DNA of 46,178 bases from Psammoneis japonica (lineage: Eukaryota), in NCBI GenBank assembly GCA_008632985.1, contig QPGO01000056.1, positions 400,406-446,583 of the forward strand, in the 5' to 3' direction. This document shows positions 24,485 to 34,903 of the stretch, one piece after another. A program made the translations under genes and the position numbers. Position 1 is the first letter of the stretch; each line of letters begins with the position of its first letter. Under the pieces are notes generated by a model, which saw only the letters and a program-made list of their open reading frames with translations, was not told the origin of the DNA and made no database searches.

Positions 24485-24678
24485 GGAGGGGAAGAGTGAA
24501 TGAGATAGGCACATGTACTTTATGACCGAGTGTGCCCTCTCTGATGTGTGCACATTAACTGACGTATTAGACATTTAGGAAGCCGTTAGAAGTCAGTTCC
24601 GATCAGCGATTGCACTGATCGGGTCTCTTCTCGGTTCTCCACAACTTTTTATCAAGTCATCTCAAGCTAGATCTTGCA
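24485..24678 (+). repeat. PPT (GGAGGGGAAGAG) and start of the 3' LTR of element D (from 24497, into gap)
   Basis: Polypurine tract ~100 bp after the integrase stop, followed by TG. Confidence 0.7.
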
Positions 24679-25571
24679 NNNNNNNNNNNNNNNNNNNNNN
24701 NNNNNNNNNNNNNNNNNNNNNNNNNNNNNNNNNNNNNNNNNNNNNNNNNNNNNNNNNNNNNNNNNNNNNNNNNNNNNNNNNNNNNNNNNNNNNNNNNNNN
24801 NNNNNNNNNNNNNNNNNNNNNNNNNNNNNNNNNNNNNNNNNNNNNNNNNNNNNNNNNNNNNNNNNNNNNNNNNNNNNNNNNNNNNNNNNNNNNNNNNNNN
24901 NNNNNNNNNNNNNNNNNNNNNNNNNNNNNNNNNNNNNNNNNNNNNNNNNNNNNNNNNNNNNNNNNNNNNNNNNNNNNNNNNNNNNNNNNNNNNNNNNNNN
25001 NNNNNNNNNNNNNNNNNNNNNNNNNNNNNNNNNNNNNNNNNNNNNNNNNNNNNNNNNNNNNNNNNNNNNNNNNNNNNNNNNNNNNNNNNNNNNNNNNNNN
25101 NNNNNNNNNNNNNNNNNNNNNNNNNNNNNNNNNNNNNNNNNNNNNNNNNNNNNNNNNNNNNNNNNNNNNNNNNNNNNNNNNNNNNNNNNNNNNNNNNNNN
25201 NNNNNNNNNNNNNNNNNNNNNNNNNNNNNNNNNNNNNNNNNNNNNNNNNNNNNNNNNNNNNNNNNNNNNNNNNNNNNNNNNNNNNNNNNNNNNNNNNNNN
25301 NNNNNNNNNNNNNNNNNNNNNNNNNNNNNNNNNNNNNNNNNNNNNNNNNNNNNNNNNNNNNNNNNNNNNNNNNNNNNNNNNNNNNNNNNNNNNNNNNNNN
25401 NNNNNNNNNNNNNNNNNNNNNNNNNNNNNNNNNNNNNNNNNNNNNNNNNNNNNNNNNNNNNNNNNNNNTTGAGCACCAGAAACAAGTGCAACAACGCAAA
25501 CGACACGAACAGAATTTGGCGAGCCCGAGTGCATCATTTGGAGTCAAAGGTAGAGTCCCTGGAGAGGACTA

Positions 25572-26815
25572 TTGAACAATTGTATTCCCTTTTTCATGAT
25601 GAGTGAATTGTTGAAGGAGCCTTGCATTGGCCACGAAGCCAAATTTGAGCACTCTGACTTGGAGGAAGTGAAATTGACCCAATCGCATGATGACGGTAGC
25701 ACTCGTACAAAAAAGTGTCCGCGTTTTGATGGCACTCATGGCATTGAAGCATTGTCATTCGTTGAGGATCGTTTTCGTAAAATTGCTGTGAAATTGGAGT
25801 GCACCACTGGCGAGGAGTTGTTCGAAAATTTCGAGGAAGTGCTTGCGGACGCTGCAGAGGACAAGTGGGCGAACTTGACCAATGCAATTGACGATGCCGA
25901 TAAAACTGTCGAGCGTTTTGATCAGGAAATCAATCATTTTTACTTGTCTTATTGTGACAATGAAGCGCGTGATGCGATGATTGAATGTTTGCCAACTTTG
26001 AAAAAACCATTCAAATCTGAAGCACAGGCGCATGCAGATCGCATGGAAACCTTGATTCGGTGCTCCAACAAACTTCCAGGAAATGCTCCTCAAGTCAACG
26101 AAGCTCAGAAGAAAAAGATGACATTTGACAGCTTTCCTCGTCCATGGCGTGAGATGTGTGCTCGAGCAGGACGAGCGATGGCGAACGACACTCTCGCTGA
26201 GATCATCAGTCACACGAACAACGAGAAATCTTTTGCTGACAAGAGTGGCAACAAGAAGCAGGACAAGAAGAGGAAAAGCAATGTGCTTCGTCTCAAGCTT
26301 CAAGACGCTCTCGTGGCAACAGTGGCAGAACGGATCCAGAATCTAGATGCCCGGTGCATGCGAATCACGACCACAAGTGGAAGGACTGTGTTTTGAATCC
26401 AGAAAGCCAAAACTGTCGACCGAGGTCCGACCGTGGCGGTCGCAGCGGAGGTCGTGGTGGAGGCCGAGGAAACTGCCAAGGTGGAGGACCCCAAGGTCAA
26501 GGCGGTCGTGGCAACTTCCAAGGTCGAGGACGTGGCAATTGTGGCAATCAAGGAGGACATGGAGGCCGAGGTTACGGCAATTGTGACAACTCCCAGAATT
26601 CTCAAGGGAATGGATCCCATTGCCAAAATCAAAACGGCACCCAAGCCAACGGTGACACCCAAGGCTGTGGAAATCCGGCTGGAGCAGCTCCTCCTGGTGG
26701 CTGGCAAATGGAGTCGCACCATTTTGATCAAGGAGGGCCTCGTGAGATGCGAGGTGGAAATGGATGCGATCAGAACGGTCGCACCCATCAAGGCCAACGA
26801 AGTTGGCGTAATTGA
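25572..26815 (+). pseudogene. gag: gag of element C (frameshifted; C-x2-H-x4-H-x4-C knuckle and Gly/Arg/Gln-rich tail)
   Basis: ORFs 25572-26396 and 26354-26815; C.MHANHDHKWKDC; RGG-rich tail. Confidence 0.8.
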
Positions 26816-26889
26816 CAAGGGACGGAAGTGCCCGAGTCAGAGCGTGTCGCTCAATCTTTTTATGTTTCGTGTGATCGTGAAGAAAATGC

Positions 26890-29800
26890 ATGTGTTTTAA
26901 TGTTGATGACAATGTGGGAGACCTGATGGAATCTCATGCTGTGAATGAAGAAAAATTGGGCGGCGTTTTGGAGTGCGCTGCACCAACCCCTAAAACTGCA
27001 ACTCCCAAACCATTGAATGTGGTGCCAACAACGTTGATGGCGGCGCGTGCCATTCAAAATCAAGAGAGCAAGCGAGTGTTGCGAGTGCCATTGGATTCAG
27101 GAGGCACTGACACTCTTGTTCATTCTCGAGTTTTGCCGAAGGGAGCGAATCCAACCATGAACGATGAAGGACGGTTGAGCTTTCAGACGGCAGCCGGACG
27201 ATGTGAATCCTCCCGACACGCCATTGTGAAGGACTTGACATTGCCAGAATTTGACAAGTCAAAACAAGTCGACAGTGTTGCGGCTCAAGTTTTTGATGCC
27301 CCATGCAAGTGTGATTTAATTTTGGGACAAGACTTTTTGTTGAAAGCCGGAATCGTGCTTGATTTTCGATTTGGAGTGATGAAGTGGTTGGAAACGTCGA
27401 TCCCAATGAAGCAATCCAATCATTGGAACTCAGTGCAGAATTGGTTGGATGCACTGGAAGACGACGGAGAGGATGAAGACAATGAGGAAGCCTTCGGACA
27501 ATCTTTTGTGATGGATGCCAAATGCGAGAAAGTGTCATCCGCGAAAGTGGCGCAAGCTCAAACTCACTTGACTCAAGAACAATGTGATGAGCTGCAGGCT
27601 GTGCTTGAAAAGCATGAAACCCTCTTTGATGGAACGCTTGGCAAACATCCGCATGAGACTGCTCACTTGGAAAATTGATCCCAATGCTGTTCCCTTCCAT
27701 TCTAAGGCTTGCGAAGTGTCCAAGAGGGATGAAGCCATTTTTAAGAAAGAACTGCAACATCTGTGTAACATTGGCGTGCTGGAACCAGTGGGACCAACTG
27801 AATGGGCAGCTGGAACTTTTGCAACTCCCAAAAAGGATGGACGAGTTCGATGGGTGTCCGATTTTCGAGAGTTGAACAAGGTGCTCAAACGAAAGGTCTG
27901 TCCTCTGCCGATCATTCAAGACGTTGTTCACCGACGCTCGGGATGCAAGTTGCTTGACCAAGTTGGACCTCACTGTGTTTTATCATCATGTCGAACTTGA
28001 CGAAGAATCCAAGGATTTGTGTGCCATTGTCACTCCATTTGGAAATTTCGATGTTGTCGATTGGCCATGGGTTTGAAAACCTCTCCCGACATTGCTCAAG
28101 CCATCATTGAAAAAGTGGCAAAAGGAATCGATGTTGAAACTTACATCGATGACATTGCTCAATTTGATGATTCGTTTGATGCTCACATGCGTCGACTCGA
28201 TGAGCTGTTGTCCAGACTAGAAGAGAACAATCTGAAAATTAACCCACTCAAGTGCGAATGGTGTGTCCAAGAGACGGATTTTTTAGCACGCCTGCAGGAG
28301 TCCGACCGTGGAAGAAGAAAGTGGAAGCGGTGCTACGAATGCAACCACCTGAAACTGTGATGCAACTGCGATCGTTTATCGGTGCGGCAACTTGTTGTCG
28401 CAACATGTGGCCTCGTCGCTCACACGTGCTCGCTCCACTCACGAAGTTGACAGGCAAGAGCAAGTTGGAATGGACCCCTGAATGTCAACGAGCCTTTGAA
28501 GACATGAAAACCTTGATGCTGGACGACACCCTTTGGGTCTGCCCGAATCACAACAAGCCATTCCATGTTTGTGCTGACTCTTCGGACTGTCAGATGGGAG
28601 CCGTGATCATGCAAGACGGGAAACCAGTGGCTTGCTGGTCCCGGAAACTCAGCGCAGCACAACAGAACTGCTCTACGATTGAAAAAGAATTGTTGGCGGT
28701 GGCAATGTGTTTCAAAGAATTTCGAAGCATGTCATTTGGAGCTGACTGCACTGTTTTTATGGATCATAAAAATCTCACCTTTCGTGCGCTCAATTCTCAA
28801 CGAGTTTTTAGGTGGCGACTCTTCTTGGAAGATTTTGCCCCAACTTTCGAATACGTTGATGGCAAAGACAATCTCTTGGCAGATTGTTTTTCAAGATTGC
28901 CGCACATGGACCCTCCTGCGGAAGGGAAGTGTGCTCCTAACAAGGGCAAGCTGATTGATTTTAAAACGATCGACCCTGCCATGCTGCCGCATGAAGAAGA
29001 ACTGGACGACCAAAACAGTGTGTCTCATTTTTCCTGTCGTCGTGAAGAACCATCTCCATTTCATTCTTCTGTCGTGGACGACCCCGAATTGTGTGAATCA
29101 TTTTTGAACTGTCCTTCTCTCGAGGAAATGCAAAACCCTGCAACTGTGCAACGAATTCAAGAACACCAATTCGTCGACGTGGAGCTGAACAATGTGCGAC
29201 AACAATGTCCAGAACGCTTTGTTGTGGAACATGTGAATCAGCGTCCTGTAATTTGTCATTGTGCTCGACCGAATGATCCTCCGACTGCGTGGAAAATTTG
29301 TGTTCCAACAGCGTTGCTGCATGATGTCATACGATGGTGTCATGGGATTTTGGGACATGCAGGAGTGCACCGAATGCATTCCACTGTTGGCGCACATTTC
29401 CATCATCCTGCCCTTCGTCAATCCTGTGAAAGATTTCATTGTGCTGATTGTCAACGTTTGAAAACTTTGGGCCCTGGACATGGGGACCCACCTGAACGGG
29501 AAGCGCCTTTGTCACCATGGACGGAAGTTGCGGTTGACCTCATCGGTCCCTGGAAAATTGAAATTCAAAACCATGAAATCGAATTCAACGCTTTGACTTG
29601 CATTGACACCGTTTCGAATGTGACTGAACTTGTTCGTGTCGACAACAAAACCTCGTCTCACATTGCTCAACAATTTGAAAATTGTTGGTTGTCTCGTTGT
29701 CCTCGTCCCAACCGGTGCATCCATGACAATGGTGGAGAATTCATTGGAGAGGACTTTCAATTGTCATTGCAACGAGCAGGAGTGGAAGACGCTCCGACTG

Positions 29801-30303
29801 CGTCGCGAAATCCACAAGCCAATGCGGCATGCGAGCGCATGCATCAAACTGTTGGAAACATCTTGCGCACTTTGCTTCATGTTTGTCCTCCACAGAATGT
29901 TGAGCAGGCCAATCAACTGGTGGACAATGCATTGGCAACCGCCATGCATGCAATGCGATGTGCGGTTTCTCGTGCTCTCAAGATTTCACCCGGTGCTGTG
30001 GTTTTTCAACGTGACATGATTCTTGACTTGCCGGTCCTAGCCGATCTTGCTGCCATTCAAGAACACCGACAAGCGATTGTCAATGCGAATCTCCGTCGAG
30101 CCAACGCTGAACGCCGATCCCACGATTTTCAAGTTGGCGGACAAGTTCTACTCAAGGCTGTCGACCCAACCAAGCTCGAGCCACGAGCTCACGGTCCACA
30201 TCCTGTCGTTCAAGTGCACGCCAATGGCACACTTACGGTCCAACGCACACCTCATGTGACAGAACGATTGAACATACGTCACGTCGCACCGTATCATACC
30301 TGA
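26890..30303 (+). pseudogene. pol: pol of element C, frameshifted and heavily Tyr->Cys/His mutated
   Basis: VPLDSGGT (PR); SDFRELNK, YIDD (RT); CADSSDCQMGAV, EKELLA (RH); HGILGHAG, CADC, VDLIGPW, DNGGEF, NPQANAACER (IN). Confidence 0.95.
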
Positions 30304-31035
30304 GGTTGAGGGTTTTCTCCCCAACATTTGGGTTTCCCTTCTATCCTCATCCATTGGAATTTNNNNNNNNNNNNNNNNNNNNNNNNNNNNNNNNNNNNNN
30401 NNNNNNNNNNNNNNNNNNNNNNNNNNNNNNNNNNNNNNNNNNNNNNNNNNNNNNNNNNNNNNNNNNNNNNNNNNNNNNNNNNNNNNNNNNNNNNNNNNNN
30501 NNNNNNNNNNNNNNNNNNNNNNNNNNNNNNNNNNNNNNNNNNNNNNNNNNNNNNNNNNNNNNNNNNNNNNNNNNNNNNNNNNNNNNNNNNNNNNNNNNNN
30601 NNNNNNNNNNNNNNNNNNNNNNNNNNNNNNNNNNNNNNNNNNNNNNNNNNNNNNNNNNNNNNNNNNNNNNNNNNNNNNNNNNNNNNNNNNNNNNNNNNNN
30701 NNNNNNNNNNNNNNNNNNNNNNNNNNNNNNNNNNNNNNNNNNNNNNNNNNNNNNNNNNNNNNNNNNNNNNNNNNNNNNNNNNNNNNNNNNNNNNNNNNNN
30801 NNNNNNNNNNNNNNNNNNNNNNNNNNNNNNNNNNNNNNNNNNNNNNNNNNNNNNNNNNNNNNNNNNNNNNNNNNNNNNNNNNNNNNNNNNNNNNNNNNNN
30901 NNNNNNNNNNNNNNNNNNNNNNNNNNNNNNNNNNNNNNNNNNNNNNNNNNNNNNNNNNNNNNNNNNNNNNNNNNNNNNNNNNNNNNNNNNNNNNNNNNNN
31001 NNNNNNNNNNNNNNNNNNNNNNNNNNNNNNNNNNN

Positions 31036-31317
31036 TGTCCAGACTTGCTGTTTTGCGAAGCCCCAGACGTTTTACATGACGCATTTATAGAAACAATAAT
31101 GCGCCAGTTACATTCTTCAATGTCTGAAGAATGTAACTGGCTAAGTAAAAATCGATGTACTTCAATCATGTGCGAGTTTTTGCGTTCGCAAAATTGCCTC
31201 ATTTTCTGTTGGCGAACATTGACATTCTAATTACCGTATAATTTTACTACGGAGCTCGCACGTAGAATTCTACGGGCCCAATGTCACACGGATTCCCACC
31301 TACGTCTGGAACGCGTC
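31036..31317. mobile_element. MITE family 1 copy (one end, from gap)
   Basis: Ends ...CCCACCTACGTCTGGAACGCGTC; the terminal ~70 bp match 23286-23358; reverse complement of 41389-41670. Confidence 0.85.
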
Positions 31318-31412
31318 TACTCTATAGCTAGATCGTAGCTAACCCACTGCTGTAGACATTACGTCACCACTAACAAATATCCTAAATCTTGTTATTCCCT
31401 CACTAAAGCTGA

Positions 31413-32493
31413 TCATTCTACTTTCAAGCCTTTATTTACCTTTTCCGTGATGTATTCCATTGCATCATTTTGCTTGGACTTACCCACCTTTGTGTTGCCC
31501 AAAGTAATGGCGACACGTTGCATCACAGCATCTGTAACTCGGTACAGCTCTTGGCCTTCATGAACAAACTTCTTTCCCTTGAAGGACGCCCACTTCGTCT
31601 CGAGGAATCCTTCTTGGTTAGCGTAATAACGCGTGGAGAGCACGACACTTTCCGGGAAGCGCAAAATGAATTGACGGACGCCAGCACCATGGATGCTGCC
31701 ATCCTCCTCGTCACGCAGCTTTGCGCAAACTTCTTATTTTTCATTTCAGTCTGGCTGCAGGCATCACACCAGTCTGTGGCCTTCACATGATAGAGATGAT
31801 ATTTGTGCCTGTACTGATACGGCGCCGACGGAACTGTCATCAAGATGTCCGTCTCCAAGACAACCTGAGCCCGGCAGTTGTTCATGAAGAAGTCCTGAGC
31901 ATGGGTGGAATAGTTCACTATGTCAAAACCTTTGTGAACTTTTCCATCATCCACAGGACTGTCTTTGTCCCTAAAGAAGGTGATCCCAAGGTTGCCAAAT
32001 ATGTCGTGGTTGGTCGGATTGTCGAGGTCCACCATAACCACCTTCAAACCTGTGGCAGAAGAAAGCAACACCAAATGGCAAGTTGTGTTGAGTATCCTCA
32101 CCGGAAGAGTCAGTGTCAAATCCTGACATGAGTCGTGCTGTGGATCTCTCGGCCGGTTTGAACGCCGAGGTTTGCGAGATGTCGACAGCACTCTGCTTCT
32201 GGAAGCGAGAGATAATGACGAATGCGTTGGCGAATTTTTTCTCTCAAATCAGATCCAGGTGGCCCGAAGAGATCACTTTGCCCTTTGCAAAGCCTGCAAA
32301 TGTGAAGGTGATATGGGAGTCGTTGCTGCCCAAATGCAAGCCCGCCCGATTCCTCAATGTGTGTGATGAGTTCGCACTCGAGTTCTAATGGAAGTCCACA
32401 GCTGTTAGACCATTGAACTTGTTGCTGACAGTTGCCAATAGTAGTACCGCTGTCTTCTGCTGTTTTTGTGTCACTTGGGGTGTTCCCGTCCAT
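31413..32493 (-). pseudogene. Accessory ORF-A (~350 aa when frameshifts are joined), unknown function
   Basis: Successive protein-like frames LCKGQSDLFGPPGSDLREKIRQRIRHY / VMVDLDNPTNHDIFG..KVHKGFDIV / YYANQEGFLETKW; lesions differ between the two copies. Confidence 0.6.
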
Positions 32494-32735
32494 GAGCAAT
32501 GCACAGCGACATGAAACAAAAGTTTTCGCTGAAGCCAGCCGATCTCTTTGGAAGAGCAATCTGGTTTGTTGAAAGCGCACCAAAAACATCTGCAACGCAT
32601 TGGATTTCAATAAATAAATATAACGGTTGGAATTCTGGGGGCAATTGAACTTTCTAAGTAGAAAGATGCCGTTAATGGTTGGATTTTTCGCGTGACTGAA
32701 TTTTCGCTCGTCTTTCCAAAAACCGACGATGCACC

Positions 32736-33661
32736 ATGATGGGCCGAATGGAGAAACGACAAACAAAAGACCGCCCAAAGAAATGGGAGGAGCCGACAAA
32801 GAAGATGGGAGGAGATAAGGAGAGGCCACCTGCAAAAAAACAGAGCGAGGAAGCAGCTCGGTGGAGGAAAAGCTCAGCAAAAGCTCTGCTTCAGCAGGAT
32901 CTCCAACAAGGCCAGATCCCACTTGATGCGGCTACCATGAGTGCCGAGGACATATGGTGGCAACGTACAGAGTTTGTCGACTTCAGCTTTGACTTTTTTA
33001 AAGCCCGTTTGGTGTGCTATCGCAACAAAATATTCAAGGAAACTCACCCAGAGCTGGCACTACCGCAGCACGTCACAGGTGGCAGGAAATCCCGAATGAA
33101 GGAGGAGAAAGCAGCGGATAAGGCAAAAAAGGAAGAAGCAAAAAAGAAGCATTCACAAGAAGCAATTTTGTGGAGGAAAGGTGGGCTAAGGCATCTCCTC
33201 CAGCAAGATCTCTGTCGAGGGGAAATCCCAGTTGACGACAGTGGCATGACTGCTGATGAAGCATGGTGGCAATGCCCAGAATATACCGAGTTCAGCCTTG
33301 AGTTCTTCGAGGCTCGTTGGAGCACTATAGAGAAAAAGCATGCATGGAAAATCATCAAGCTGCTGCTGATGAGCTAGCACTGGCTCATGACAGGTGGCTG
33401 TTCCCCAAGAAGCCAACCAATTCCATCGGCAAGCCTCGATGGGAAGGATCTTTGGCAGAGAAATATTTGAAGATAGACATTGACAAGGAAAAGCACACAG
33501 TGCTTGCACCACGAGAACTTCGCAAAACCCGTGAAGAGCACCAGGTATTCGAGCTGGAGGTGTTCAGAAAGCACATTCACCAAGAGGTGAAAAAGCGAAA
33601 ATACATTGCGTGGTGCAAGAACGATGCAGAGAAGAAGGCAAAGGGAGAAAAGAAGCAGTAA
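32736..33661 (+). pseudogene. Accessory ORF-B (~300 aa) with three W-x3-4-AxxLL-x2-D helical repeats; 1-bp frameshift at ~33318
   Basis: WRKSSAKALLQQDL..WWQRTEF..F..RL; WRKGGLRHLLQQDL..WWQCPEY..F..R; WEGSLAEKYLKIDI..TREEH..F..HI; copy 2 has the extra T that restores the frame. Confidence 0.7.
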
Positions 33662-33695
33662 CTTTCCAGAAACTACCTAATTAGTAGCTGCCACC

Positions 33696-34031
33696 TTATT
33701 CCACCACCATGCCATCCCCACGCTTTTTCTTCTTGGCGCCACCCTCCATGGTCGTCTTGAATGATGCGAGCAAGCGATCCGCAAGTTTCTTGACATCGCT
33801 CTCGTCAAGTCCCATCTTGCCAAACTTCCTGGCGAGCACATCGACTTCTTCTAAAGGCTGCATCTCCTTGATAAACTTCTTCTTGATGTAGAAACTGACG
33901 TCCTTTTCATACAAAAGCACCTTGACCTTCTGCGCGGTGATCTTTTTCACCCTTCCCCATTCGCCTTGGTGTTCTCCACCGACAATGTCAATGCTTCCTT
34001 TGGCAATCATGGTGGCCTTTTCTGTTTCCAA
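33696..34031 (-). CDS. Accessory ORF-C, small KOW-motif protein with basic tail
   Basis: KGSI(V)DIVGGEHQGEWGRVKKITAQKVKV fits the KOW pattern; KKKKR at the C-terminus. Confidence 0.6.
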   Translation of the reverse strand: METEKATMIAKGSIDIVGGEHQGEWGRVKKITAQKVKVLLYEKDVSFYIKKKFIKEMQPLEEVDVLARKFGKMGLDESDVKKLADRLLASFKTTMEGGAKKKKRGDGMVVE

Positions 34032-34250
34032 TTTGTGGATTGTGATTTGACTGCGAGTGTGAGCTATGTAGTGCTGTGCTGTAGCATGGACCGTGAGCGT
34101 GTGGAACTACATTTGCACACTGCAATTGTAGCCTACCCAATCTATACGGCAAACCTGTCGAACATTTAAGTCCCACAAAATCTTGACTATTTTTATAGCT
34201 ACGCGAGGGTAAGAGCCACAATTCCACAACAAAATTCACTGGTCCGCACG

Positions 34251-34903
34251 ATGCTTCGTATGTCGAGTAGTCAAGTGCTGCGGGTTGGCCTGCAGCTCTA
34301 TGGAGTTGACATCCATCACCAGAAACGGTCATCTGAGGCGGGTGACATCCGTCGATTCAAAAAAGTCTACGGCTCTAGCCCTGAAGTTTGCAAGAAAATT
34401 TTTCATGACCTCCAAATGACCAAGGTAGAAGCGGCAAGGATTGATCCGGCAGACATCTGTCTCGACTGTTTCTTTATGGCCATGAATTTCCTAAAACTGT
34501 GTGAAACGGAGGAAGTCCGCTCGGCCACTTTTGATGCATCTGAAAATACAATGCGCAAGTGGGTATGGCATTATGTTAGAAGGATTCAAGCACTCAAGAA
34601 AGAAAATATTGTCTGGCCAGACAAATGGAACCGCACTGCAAGCGACGTACCTGTTTTTCTCTTCTCCGTGGATGGTGTCCACTGCAGGCAAAACACCCGC
34701 TGTATTCAAAACACAAGGAGCACTACTCTCATAAGTTCAAGCAAGCAGGTTTGACTTTTATGAGCTCGCCATGTCGATTCATGAGGATCAACTTGTGTGG
34801 ATGTGTCGGCCATTCCCAGCCTCAAAGCATGACATCACGATGTTCCAGGAGAAGCTTCTAAAAAAGATTGCACCTGGGAAACGTGCAATCGGTGACAAGG
34901 GTT
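34251..34903 (+). pseudogene. DDE_Tnp_4-type (PIF/Harbinger/ISL2EU, IS5-like) transposase, frameshifted and 3'-truncated
   Basis: HTH-like FLKL.ETEE..SATFDASENTMRKWVW; SVDGVHC; YSHKFKQAGL.YEL; PFPASKHDITMF; AIGDKG, then cut by the tandem repeat. Confidence 0.82.

Larger units (their letters stand above)
25469..30362 (+). mobile_element. Ty3/Gypsy element C, internal region (LTRs fall in gaps)
   Basis: Order gag-PR-RT-RH-IN; 3' untranslated tail resembles that of element D. Confidence 0.93.
31318..34903. mobile_element. Multi-ORF PIF/Harbinger-like DNA transposon cassette, copy 1 (ends not visible)
   Basis: Three accessory ORFs plus a DDE_Tnp_4-like transposase; 31318-34190 is duplicated at 43295-46178. 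Confidence 0.65.

Noticed and set aside
25572..30303. Alternative genetic code (TGY read as Tyr)
   Set aside because: Changes also include Tyr->His, Leu->Pro and non-coding LTR sites, and they vary between copies; this is mutation, not recoding.
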